Shown piece by piece: positions 9,200 to 18,116 of a stretch of 64,000 nucleotides of DNA (its first letter is position 1; each line of letters begins with the position of its first letter). The translations under genes and the position numbers were made by a program. Source of the stretch: Candidatus Doudnabacteria bacterium (lineage in GTDB: Bacteria > Patescibacteriota > Doudnabacteria > UBA920); assembly GCA_031291995.1 (NCBI GenBank), contig JARLHZ010000025.1, positions 156,266 through 220,265 on the forward strand, written 5' to 3'. Under the pieces are notes generated by a model, which saw only the letters and a program-made list of their open reading frames with translations, had not been told where the DNA came from and searched no databases.

Positions 9200-12100
9200 A
9201 TGAGTTTTACCCATCTTCACTGTCATTCTCATTATTCGCTTTTGGACGGCTTGTCAAAAATTGAGCCGCTGGTTTTGCGCGCCAAGGAACTGGGAATGGC
9301 CAGTCTGGCTTTAACCGACCACGGGGTTATGTACGGAGCGGTGGAATTTTATAATGAGTGCAAAGGCGCGGGGATAAAACCGATTATCGGCATGGAAGCT
9401 TACATTGCCCCGCGCACCATGGCCGATAAAGAAGGCAAGATTGACGCCGACTACCATCATCTTATTTTATTGGCGCAAAATCAGGCCGGTTACCATAATT
9501 TAATGAAGCTTTCGACCCAGTCGCATCTTGAGGGTTTTTATTATAAGCCCAGGATAGATTTGGCTTTGCTAAAACAATATGGCGAAGGCCTGGTGTGCCT
9601 GTCCGGCTGCCAGCGCGGCGAAATCGCGCGCGCTCTTATGAACCGCGAGAGCGGTGAGGCGCAAAAAGTTTTGGATAAATATTTGGATATATTCGGGCCG
9701 GAAAGGCTGTTTATAGAAATCCAGCGTAACGCCAAAACCGAAGCCGCGCGCGAGGAAATGCTTAACGGCAAACTCATCGCGCTGGCTAATGCCAATAATT
9801 TGAGCGTGGTCGCCACTGCCGATTGCCATTATATTTATCCTGAAGATGCCGAAGCCCAGGATGTTATGGTTTGCATCGGCACGGGCCGCACGGTTAACGA
9901 TACCGACCGCTTAGATATGCGCGAATATGATTTGTCGCTTAAGTCGCCCGAAAAAATGCGGGAACTGTTTGCCGATGTTCCCGAAGCAGTGGCCAACACG
10001 CAAAAAGTCGCCGATTTGTGCGAGCTCGAGATTGAGCTTGACCAGCGCTATTTTCCCAACGTGGAAATCCCGGACGGCAAAACCGCGGAGCAGTACGTAA
10101 AAGAAATTACCAATGAAAAAGCGTTGATTTTGTACGGAAAAGATGGTGCGTTGCCCCAGCAGGTTAAAGAGCGCATAGATTATGAGATGGAAATAATCTG
10201 CAAAAAAAACTTCGTCACTTATTTTCTAATGGTGGCCGATGTGGTGGAGGGCGCCCACAAAATCGGGGCTATTACGAATACCAGGGGCTCGGCGGCCGGC
10301 AGCATAGTGGGCAGGATTTTGGGCATTACCAATATTGATCCGCTATTTTACGAACTTCCCTTTGAGCGGTTTTTGACTATGCACCGGCCGACACCGCCCG
10401 ATATAGATTTGGACATTGCCGATAACCGCCGCGACGAGGTAGTCGCGTATATTACGCAGAAGTACGGCCGGGATAAAGTCGCGCAAATTATTACCTTTGG
10501 AACCATGATGGCGCGGGCCGCCGTGCGCGATGTCGGCCGGGCTTTGGGCGTAACTTATTCCAAATGCGACCAGATTGCCAAAATGATTCCCCTCGGCAAG
10601 CAGGGTTTCCACATGACTCTGGATAAGGCGCTGGAAATGAGCCCGGAACTTAAGGAAATTTACGCGCGCGACCCCGAAACCAGGCGCATACTGGATATTG
10701 CCAAAAAAATGGAAGGCTGCGCCCGCCACGCTTCGGTACACGCGGCCGGTATTGTCATTACCCCGACCGAGCTGACTGATTATACTCCCCTGCAAAAAGA
10801 GCCGGACGGCGAAAAAATTATTACCCAGTACGATATGTATTCGCTCGACGTTAACACCAGCGGTCCAAAAGCCGTCGGCGTGGTGAAACTGGACTTATTG
10901 GGCATACGCAACCTGTCGATTTTGGAAACAGCGGTTACTCTGGCCCAAAACCGGCATAATATTTCCATTGACATCTATAATTTGCCGAGCCAGGATGCCA
11001 AAACTTTCAAACTGTTGTCCGACGGTTTAACTTTCGGTGTGTTCCAGCTTGGCTCTTCGGGCATGACTAGGAATTTGCGCGAACTGCGGCCGACCAATAT
11101 TTTTGATATTTCGGCGATGGTCGCTTTATACCGGCCGGGCCCGATGAGTATTATTCCGGACTATGTGGCCAGGAAAAACGGCCGGGCCAAAATTGAATAT
11201 TTCGACCCAAGGATGAAAAGTTATTTGGAAAAATCTTTGGGGCTTTTGGTGTACCAGGAAGATGTACTGCTGACGGCCATCCATATTGCCGGTTATAGCT
11301 GGGAGGAAGCGGACAAACTTCGAAAAGCCATGGGGAAAAAAATACCGGCCGAAATGGCCAAACAAAAATTTAAGTTTACCGAAGGCTGCGTTAAAAACGG
11401 CATGCCCCGCGTCAGGGCCGAGGAACTGTTCGGCTTAATCGAGCCGTTTGCCGCTTACGGTTTCGGCAAAGCCCACGCGGCATCGTATGCCATGGTTTCC
11501 TACCAGACCGCCTACATGAAGGCGAATTTTCCGGTGGAATTTATGGCCGCGCTTATGACCGCGGAATCCGGGGACGAAGACAAAATATATGAGGCCGTGG
11601 AAGAATGCGGACATATGGGGATTACGGTTTTGCCGCCGGACGTCAACGAGTCGCTTGGCGATTTTACCGTCGTGGACGACAAAACTATCCGGTTCGGTTT
11701 GAACGCGATTAAAAATTTGGGAAGCGATGTGATTGAGAAGGTTATACAGATTAGGGTTGAAGGTACAGGGTTCAGGGAAGATAATCCGGAAAATCACCCC
11801 TCACCCCTCACCCCTCACCCCTTTTCATCCCTTGAAGATTTTTTGATAAAATCACATACCAAGAATTTAAACAAAAAATCCTGGGAGGCTTTGGCCAAAG
11901 CCGGGGCGCTGGATTCTTTTGGCGAGCGCGGCCAGTTGCTGGCCAATACTGAAGACGTTCTTGATTTTGTGCGCCAGCATTTTAAGGACGAAAACAGCGG
12001 GCAGAATTCCCTATTCGGAAAAAGTCTTCAAAGGGGACGCTTGAAATTACGCGCGGCCGCCCCTGCTACCAAAGAGGAAATGCTGGTTTGGGAAAAAGAA

Positions 12101-12709
12101 CATTTGGGGATGTATGTGTCCGCGCACCCGCTGGACGTTTACCGCAAGGTTCTTTCTACCTTAAGGTCGGTTAAGAGCCTGTCATTAAACGAATTGGGGG
12201 CCAATGTGGTCATGGGTGGAATAATCTCGCGCCTAAAAAAAACCCTCACACGGAAAAACGATCCGATGGCCTTTTTTACCCTGGAAGACACAACCGGCAG
12301 TTTGGAAGTCCTTGTGTTTCCAAAGGTTATGGAAAAAGTCGTTCCCCTATTGGCCGACGACCGGATTGTCCAGGTAACGGGCCGGCTGTCCGATAAAGAT
12401 GAAGAGCTGAAACTAATTGCCGAAGACATTAAAGACTTACCCAACGACGAAGTCTACGGCATGGCGCTGTCGGAGATGGAAAAAAATAAGAGCGTTGTCT
12501 TGCATATGGAGCGTTTGGCCGGCATGGAAATATTAAACATCATCAAAGAAATTTTGCAAAAACACCCGGGCAATGTCCAAGTCTATTTGTCCGTCGGCAC
12601 CGGCCAATCTTCCAAAAAAATAAAAACCCAGTCGCTCGTCGCGATGAGTAATAAATTAATGGCGGAATTGAGGACGGTGCCGGAGATTGATATGGTAGAC
12701 GTGGACTGA
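9200..12709 (+). CDS. dnaE: DNA polymerase III alpha subunit
   Basis: PHP domain HLHCHSHYSLLDG, RGSAAGS, PDIDLD, KLDLLG, C-terminal OB fold; ATG at 9200. Confidence 0.97.
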   Translation: MSFTHLHCHSHYSLLDGLSKIEPLVLRAKELGMASLALTDHGVMYGAVEFYNECKGAGIKPIIGMEAYIAPRTMADKEGKIDADYHHLILLAQNQAGYHNLMKLSTQSHLEGFYYKPRIDLALLKQYGEGLVCLSGCQRGEIARALMNRESGEAQKVLDKYLDIFGPERLFIEIQRNAKTEAAREEMLNGKLIALANANNLSVVATADCHYIYPEDAEAQDVMVCIGTGRTVNDTDRLDMREYDLSLKSPEKMRELFADVPEAVANTQKVADLCELEIELDQRYFPNVEIPDGKTAEQYVKEITNEKALILYGKDGALPQQVKERIDYEMEIICKKNFVTYFLMVADVVEGAHKIGAITNTRGSAAGSIVGRILGITNIDPLFYELPFERFLTMHRPTPPDIDLDIADNRRDEVVAYITQKYGRDKVAQIITFGTMMARAAVRDVGRALGVTYSKCDQIAKMIPLGKQGFHMTLDKALEMSPELKEIYARDPETRRILDIAKKMEGCARHASVHAAGIVITPTELTDYTPLQKEPDGEKIITQYDMYSLDVNTSGPKAVGVVKLDLLGIRNLSILETAVTLAQNRHNISIDIYNLPSQDAKTFKLLSDGLTFGVFQLGSSGMTRNLRELRPTNIFDISAMVALYRPGPMSIIPDYVARKNGRAKIEYFDPRMKSYLEKSLGLLVYQEDVLLTAIHIAGYSWEEADKLRKAMGKKIPAEMAKQKFKFTEGCVKNGMPRVRAEELFGLIEPFAAYGFGKAHAASYAMVSYQTAYMKANFPVEFMAALMTAESGDEDKIYEAVEECGHMGITVLPPDVNESLGDFTVVDDKTIRFGLNAIKNLGSDVIEKVIQIRVEGTGFREDNPENHPSPLTPHPFSSLEDFLIKSHTKNLNKKSWEALAKAGALDSFGERGQLLANTEDVLDFVRQHFKDENSGQNSLFGKSLQRGRLKLRAAAPATKEEMLVWEKEHLGMYVSAHPLDVYRKVLSTLRSVKSLSLNELGANVVMGGIISRLKKTLTRKNDPMAFFTLEDTTGSLEVLVFPKVMEKVVPLLADDRIVQVTGRLSDKDEELKLIAEDIKDLPNDEVYGMALSEMEKNKSVVLHMERLAGMEILNIIKEILQKHPGNVQVYLSVGTGQSSKKIKTQSLVAMSNKLMAELRTVPEIDMVDVD

Positions 12710-12811
12710 CCGCGGATACGCGGATGTTGGCATCAATAACGCAATGTGATAAATTTAACGCCGAGAGAAGTGTTGGGCTTCGTCTCGGCGTTTGGATACC
12801 GGGTCAGGCGG

Positions 12812-12985
12812 TTACCTCCAGCGACGCTTGTGGGCGTCGGCATGGGTGACTAAATAAATCAGCCCCACGATACGTGGGAAGAGAATGCCAATTACTGTCA
12901 GCCACGCTTTTGCCGGCGTGTTGTGAAACTCGACTTTTATATCCCGATCCGGGATATTTTGGAGATATGCGATTAGCAATCGCAC
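12812..12985 (-). CDS. Small putative membrane protein (57 aa)
   Basis: GTG at 12985 overlaps the stop of the upstream small ORF; hydrophobic WLTVIGILFPRIVGLIYLV; hairpin terminator at about 12757-12792. Confidence 0.4.
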   Translation of the reverse strand: MRLLIAYLQNIPDRDIKVEFHNTPAKAWLTVIGILFPRIVGLIYLVTHADAHKRRWR

Positions 12986-13152
12986 GCTTTTTCCTCCTGC
13001 GGCGGTTTTGCCGAGCGTTTGCCCGGCACGTGAAATAAATACACGTAGACCAGTAGAGCGAGGTCTGCCACCAGGCAGATTGAGCCGGGCAAGATATAGC
13101 CCATCGCCCATAACACCCCGCAGGACACAGCCAAAACGGTTACTATCAACAT
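12973..13152 (-). CDS. Small hydrophobic membrane protein (59 aa)
   Basis: MLIVTVLAVSCGVLWAMGYILPGSICLVADLALLVYVYLF: two predicted TM helices and a charged tail. Confidence 0.5.
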   Translation of the reverse strand: MLIVTVLAVSCGVLWAMGYILPGSICLVADLALLVYVYLFHVPGKRSAKPPQEEKACDC

Positions 13153-13298
13153 AATCAAAATCTATTCCAATTAAGTGGTTTTTGCAAGCTGTCGGAATGT
13201 TTGTTTGGAAATCCTCTAAAATTATTGCCATAAATGCTTGTGGACAACGCTGTGTGGACAACGCTGTTGCGCCCTTTCCCAGAATTTGATATATTGTA

Positions 13299-13498
13299 TG
13301 CAGTTCTTCAAACAGCGATCCGGCTACCAACCGGGGAGTTTGAGACAAATTGCAATAAATCTGTTATGTTCTAGAGCCATAACGGATGAAAAGTCTTTTG
13401 ATATCAAAATCAAAAGAATTCTGGGACGGAAACGTTCTGCGTAGCAGGGCCCCAGGTTTGAGTTATCAAGTAAATGATATCTCAACCTTGGGGCTTTT
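13299..13498 (+). ncRNA. Candidate structured ncRNA (five consecutive hairpins)
   Basis: TTGCGC-17-TATATT promoter at 13267-13295; five stems read by eye, one with a GAAA loop, the last terminator-like. Confidence 0.5.
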
Positions 13499-13574
13499 AC
13501 GTTTTATTTACAGAGACCGCGGATACGCGGATCGGCCCGTATTGAAGGACGAAATCAATAAATGGCGCTTCCGT

Positions 13575-14026
13575 GTGTCATCCCGACCGAGGTTCGTCAA
13601 TGGAATTTAATGGACGGACGGAGCGGAGGGATCCCTTATCCTTCTAAATTATGCAAGACAGCCAGTATTTTGTATACATAATGTCCAGCGTCAGCGGAAC
13701 CTTTTATATAGGAGTAACCAATGATTTATATAAAAGAGTTTACCAACATAAAAGTAATATAATCGAAGGTTTTACGAAAAAGTACGAATGCCATAAACTG
13801 ATATATTTTGAAGAGACTTCCGATATAGAGAGCGCAATTTTAAGAGAAAAGCAGTTAAAAAATTGGAATCGCAAGAAAAAAGAATTTTTAATCGCGACAA
13901 AGAACGCAATCTGGAAAGATTTAAGTTTAGATTGGAAATAAATTATTAGTGTGTCATCCCGAGCGAGTGCAGCCGAGTCGAGGGATCCCTCCGCTCGTCG
14001 GCTGCACTCCGCGGTCGGGATGACAC
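13575..14026 (+). mobile_element. GIY-YIG gene flanked by GTCATCCCG palindromic repeats
   Basis: Flanks 13575-13638 and 13951-14026 both start GTGTCATCCCGA and contain GAGGGATCCCT. Confidence 0.65.
13651..13941 (+). CDS. Standalone GIY-YIG nuclease (UPF0213-like)
   Basis: YFVYIM..FYIGVTNDLYKRVYQH..REKQLKNWNR. Confidence 0.93.
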   Translation: MQDSQYFVYIMSSVSGTFYIGVTNDLYKRVYQHKSNIIEGFTKKYECHKLIYFEETSDIESAILREKQLKNWNRKKKEFLIATKNAIWKDLSLDWK

Positions 14027-14043
14027 ATAATGGAGATACGGGT

Positions 14044-15798
14044 ATGGATATAAATCAGCAATTACAAAACAAACGCCATTCGCTAGCGCACCTTTTGGCC
14101 GCGGCGGTAATTAAGTTGTATCCCGGGACTAAAAGAACCATCGGACCCGCGATTGATAACGGATTTTATTATGATTTTGAGTTTAAGGAGCCGATAACCG
14201 AAAAGGATTTGCCGAAAATCGAGAAAGAAATGAAAAAGCTCCAGAAAACCTGGTCGGCTTTCGAGCGCCGGGAAATAACGGCGGACGAGGCGCGCGATAT
14301 TTTTAAAGACAACCCTTATAAGTTGGAACTCATCGACGAATTTTCCAAAGAAGGCCAGACTTTGACCATGTATAAGTCCAGCCAGTACTTTGAAGATTTA
14401 TGCCGGGGCGGCCATGCCGAGGATATGTCTAAAATAGACCCCGAGTCTTTTAAGCTGTCCAAAGTTGCCGGGGCTTACTGGCGCGGTGACGAAAAAAATA
14501 AAATGCTGACCAGAATTTACGGTCTGGCCTTTGAAACTAAAGAGGATCTGGATAAATATTTAAACATGCTGGACGAAGCGGAAAAAAGGGATCATAAAAA
14601 ATTAGGCCCCGCCTTGGATTTATTTGTGTTTTCAGATTTGGTCGGCGCCGGCTTGCCGCTGTGGACGCCCAAAGGAACGCTGGTGCGCAATTTGCTGGAT
14701 GATTATGTATGGAGCCTGCGCAAAAGTATTGGTTATGAAAAAGTGGAAATTCCCCATATTACCAAAAAGGAATTGTACGAAAAAAGCGGCCATTGGGATA
14801 AATTTAAGAACGAGCTGTTCAGGATTACCACGCGCGAAGGCCATGAATTCGCCATGAAGCCGATGAATTGCCCCCACCACACGCAGATTTATGCAAGAAA
14901 ACTATTTAGTTATCGCGAGCTTCCCCAAAAATATTCCAACACGACAACATGCTATCGCGACGAGCAGACCGGCGAACTTTCCGGCCTTTCCCGTGTGCGG
15001 GCCTTTGCCCAGGATGATGCCCATGAATTTTGCCGCTTTGGCCAGGTAAAGCAAGACTTGGGCGATATTTGGGATAAAGTGGTTGAACCATTTTACGGCT
15101 CGTTCGGCTTTAAATTAAAATTGCGTTTATCGTTGCACGACCCGGCCCAGCCGGAAAAATATTTGGGCGGCCAGGAGCGCTGGCAACAGGCCGAAAGCAT
15201 ACTTCGGGAGTTGGCAAAAGAAAGACATGTAGAGTTTGTTGAAGCTCCCGGGGAAGCGGCTTTTTACGGGCCAAAGCTGGATTTTATGGCCATGGATTCA
15301 TTAGGCCGGGAGTGGCAAGTGGCAACTATCCAGCTCGATATGAATATGCCGGAACGTTTTGATTTATATTGTATTGACGAACAGGGCCAGCATGAGCGAA
15401 TTGTCATGCTGCATGCGGCTATTATGGGCTCAATTGAAAGATTCTTGTCTATATTAATTGAACACACAGCGGGCACTTTCCCGCTTTGGCTGTCCCCTGT
15501 CCAGGTGGCGGTATTGCCGATTGGCGATAAGCAGATTGAGTATGCTAGAGATACAATTAACAATTTACGATTAACAATTAACACGTTAAGGATTGAATTG
15601 GACGACCGGGCGGAATCCATAGGCAAAAAAATCCGCGAAGCCACTTTGCAAAAAATTCCTTACCAGTTAATAATCGGCGAAAAGGAAACCGAAGCCGGCA
15701 AAGTCGCTGTCCGCTTGCGCGACGGCACCAATTTGGGTCAAATTACCGTAAAGGAGCTGGCCGATAAAATAGAGTCGGAAATTGCAAATAAATTATAA
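14044..15798 (+). CDS. thrS: Threonyl-tRNA synthetase
   Basis: RHSLAH, DLCRGGH, KPMNCP, AAFYGPKLD; start at MDINQ (14044) with GGAG upstream. Confidence 0.97.
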   Translation: MDINQQLQNKRHSLAHLLAAAVIKLYPGTKRTIGPAIDNGFYYDFEFKEPITEKDLPKIEKEMKKLQKTWSAFERREITADEARDIFKDNPYKLELIDEFSKEGQTLTMYKSSQYFEDLCRGGHAEDMSKIDPESFKLSKVAGAYWRGDEKNKMLTRIYGLAFETKEDLDKYLNMLDEAEKRDHKKLGPALDLFVFSDLVGAGLPLWTPKGTLVRNLLDDYVWSLRKSIGYEKVEIPHITKKELYEKSGHWDKFKNELFRITTREGHEFAMKPMNCPHHTQIYARKLFSYRELPQKYSNTTTCYRDEQTGELSGLSRVRAFAQDDAHEFCRFGQVKQDLGDIWDKVVEPFYGSFGFKLKLRLSLHDPAQPEKYLGGQERWQQAESILRELAKERHVEFVEAPGEAAFYGPKLDFMAMDSLGREWQVATIQLDMNMPERFDLYCIDEQGQHERIVMLHAAIMGSIERFLSILIEHTAGTFPLWLSPVQVAVLPIGDKQIEYARDTINNLRLTINTLRIELDDRAESIGKKIREATLQKIPYQLIIGEKETEAGKVAVRLRDGTNLGQITVKELADKIESEIANKL

Positions 15799-15803
15799 AT
15801 TTT

Positions 15804-15929
15804 ATGGATGCCGCGAAAATTAATAAAACCATAAATAAACTGGCCGATATCTTGGACGCGGAAGCCGATGCTATTGAGCGGGAGCTTTTATCGGAAACTC
15901 TTAAAGTGCCCGAAAAAAAGCGGCCATGA
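15804..15929 (+). CDS. Unannotated 41-aa small protein
   Basis: MDAAKINKTINKLADILDAEADAIERELLSETLKVPEKKRP; fills the gap after thrS and has an ATGA overlap with the next gene. Confidence 0.6.
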   Translation: MDAAKINKTINKLADILDAEADAIERELLSETLKVPEKKRP

Positions 15930-17335
15930 AGCAATTGCGCGAAAATGGACCACAGGAGCCAGATCCTGAGCGGCCAAACCGTTTTCAAGAACCGGAGCAA
16001 ATTAAACCGGCCGCCGCCGAATCAAAGCCGGCGTCTTTGGAATTTTTAGACACTGGTTCTGAGAAGCTTGCGGCAATTTACGACAGGGCGAAGGATTTAT
16101 TGGGCAAGGTTAATTCCGCTCCGATCACGCCGGAACGGAAAACGGAATTAAAAAGCAAAGTCGGCGGTTATATTTTTCGCGCCGCAAAACTAATGCGCGT
16201 CGCGGCAATGATTATGTGCCTGGGCGCTATGCATGAGCTGGGAGAGCGGGAAATTAACAACATCGATATGGAAACCGACCATGTCCTTAAAGTTTTTTCG
16301 GGGATGGAAGGGCTGACCAACGAGGATAAAGAAATCGTTTTAAGAAACGCGCTGCGCGGACAATTGGCATCGGCCATAAGCTTTTATGATGAATATGGCC
16401 CGAGTGCAAAGGATCCGGAAATCCATAAAGTTTTTGTCGAAGCCGAATCGAAAGATAAGGAGAGCTTAACAAACATTAACGAGATGGATATTCAAAAAAT
16501 ATTTGGTTTGCTGGCGCGCGAAACGACTAGCCCGGAAAAAGTTCCGGTAGATGAAACTTTGGCCGAATTTAAGGCCGGGCGAATAAATTACGATGAAGAA
16601 TTGGAACGAATATTCGAAACCAGAGTGGGGAAACTGGAAACCGACAAATCAAGCAAGCCCGCCAAGTATTATTCGGCCCTCAAGGAATTATTGAATGAAT
16701 GTGGCCGCCCGAAACTCAGATTTAGGTTAAAAGAAAATAATTACCAGCCAAATCCCGGAGAAGACGAGCGGAGTTTTTTCAAACAAAATCAATTTACGGC
16801 TTTTCTTGATATACCGGTTGACAATTATTCATCCGGTGCTCTTGTGGCGGAATTGGCTCACGCTAAGCAGTGGGATGCTTTTCCGGACACCTCCGACCGG
16901 CAATTTGCGCGTGATGCTGCGTCGGTTTCGCGCATGAGTAAGGCTAGCGGGCAGAGTTATCGGAAAACTTACGACAAAACTATGTACAATAGCCAGGGCA
17001 GCGTTGAATATCAGGCCCATAAATTAATTGAGCCGGAGTTAAAAAAACGCCTAAAAAATTTACAAGCGGGCACAGCCAAGCCGCCGGTTGAAATTCAAAA
17101 TGCCGACTTGTTATTTCGACAGCGTTTGGATGAAATGGAAAATAAATTGTTTCGTCAGATTGTTGAAAATTCACAAGACTACACAAATAAGTTTAAATAT
17201 GCGACCAGTGATTTGGAAAAACGGCAATTGGAGCGTTCGCATAAATCAAAAAGTGCAGCAATCGAGGTGGAATACGAAAAAAACAGGAAAAATTTTCAGG
17301 AACAATTTTGGCGTGATTACAAGATGAAAAAATAA
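15926..17335 (+). CDS. Hypothetical protein with AELAH (zincin-like) motif
   Basis: 469 aa ORF with one hydrophobic segment, LVAELAHAKQ and a downstream EYQAH. Confidence 0.7.
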   Translation: MKQLRENGPQEPDPERPNRFQEPEQIKPAAAESKPASLEFLDTGSEKLAAIYDRAKDLLGKVNSAPITPERKTELKSKVGGYIFRAAKLMRVAAMIMCLGAMHELGEREINNIDMETDHVLKVFSGMEGLTNEDKEIVLRNALRGQLASAISFYDEYGPSAKDPEIHKVFVEAESKDKESLTNINEMDIQKIFGLLARETTSPEKVPVDETLAEFKAGRINYDEELERIFETRVGKLETDKSSKPAKYYSALKELLNECGRPKLRFRLKENNYQPNPGEDERSFFKQNQFTAFLDIPVDNYSSGALVAELAHAKQWDAFPDTSDRQFARDAASVSRMSKASGQSYRKTYDKTMYNSQGSVEYQAHKLIEPELKKRLKNLQAGTAKPPVEIQNADLLFRQRLDEMENKLFRQIVENSQDYTNKFKYATSDLEKRQLERSHKSKSAAIEVEYEKNRKNFQEQFWRDYKMKK

Positions 17336-17354
17336 AGCGCCGTGGAGCGCTTTA

Positions 17355-18116
17355 TTAAGTTAATATCCTTGCCCCATTTTTAGTTATGGCAACCGTGTGC
17401 TCAAAGTGGGCGGAAAGTCCGCCGTCGCGGGTGGAGATGGTCCAGCCGTCGTTTTCCATAACGATAAAATATTCGTGTTCGCAGAGCATGGGCTCTATGG
17501 CAATAACCAACCCTTCGGCCAGCTTCATTCCCTGGCCTTTTTTGCCGTAGTTAGGCACGGCCGGGTCTTCGTGGACTTCGTAGCCGACACCGTGGCCGAC
17601 CAAATCACGCACTACGGAAAAGCCGGCGTTTTCGGCGATTTTTTGGGTGGCATAGGCAATATCGCCGATGGTGTTGCCAGGGCGCGCCTCGGCAATGGCC
17701 GCGTTTAGGGATTTTTTAGTCGCGTCGACGAGTTTTTGGGCTTTGGCTGAAATTTTTCCCACCGGTACGGTTATGGCGGTGTCGGTATATAAGCCTTTAT
17801 ATTCCATGCCAATATCGAGGCCGACAATATCGCCTTCCTTTAAAACCGCCTGCCGGGAAGGGATGCCGTGGACAATTACCGAGTTAATGGACGTGCAAAG
17901 ACCAGCCGGAAAGGGGTTGCTTTTGTCGCCGTAGTTTTTAAAGCTCGGCCGGCCGCCGGCATTTTTAATTTCTTTTTCCGCGAACTGATTCAGGTCCCAG
18001 GTGGAGATTCCTGGTCTGACCATGCCGGCCGCCGCATAAAGAACGTCACGCAAAAGCCGCCCGCCTTCGGCGATAATCTCAATTTCTTCGGCAGTTTTAA
18101 TTAGCCCGCGTTTCAT
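17355..18116 (-). CDS. map: Methionine aminopeptidase type I
   Basis: VHGIP, DIG..DTA, GHGVG..HEDP, AIEPM, SAHFEHT; start MKRGL. Confidence 0.97.
   Translation of the reverse strand: MKRGLIKTAEEIEIIAEGGRLLRDVLYAAAGMVRPGISTWDLNQFAEKEIKNAGGRPSFKNYGDKSNPFPAGLCTSINSVIVHGIPSRQAVLKEGDIVGLDIGMEYKGLYTDTAITVPVGKISAKAQKLVDATKKSLNAAIAEARPGNTIGDIAYATQKIAENAGFSVVRDLVGHGVGYEVHEDPAVPNYGKKGQGMKLAEGLVIAIEPMLCEHEYFIVMENDGWTISTRDGGLSAHFEHTVAITKNGARILT

Noticed and set aside
13239-13266. Replication origin suggested by DnaA-box-like motifs
   Set aside because: Only two imperfect boxes, no dnaA/dnaN nearby and no clear unwinding element; kept only as a possible operator.
12812-13348. 178-aa ORF from the track
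   Set aside because: Its 5' part crosses the promoter, tandem repeat and RNA hairpin; two short coupled ORFs explain the region better, though this is not proven.
13299-13498. T-box riboswitch for thrS
   Set aside because: No T-box consensus or specifier stem recognised, and it is separated from thrS by the GIY-YIG cassette.
13651-13941. GIY-YIG as an intron-encoded homing endonuclease or UvrC fragment
   Set aside because: Intergenic, 96 aa, no DNA-binding extension and no interrupted host gene.
13951-14043. N-terminal extensions of thrS (and likewise prfA, rplY, GT2 and the zinc-ribbon gene)
   Set aside because: The extensions are translations of upstream repeat elements; downstream ATGs match family starts.
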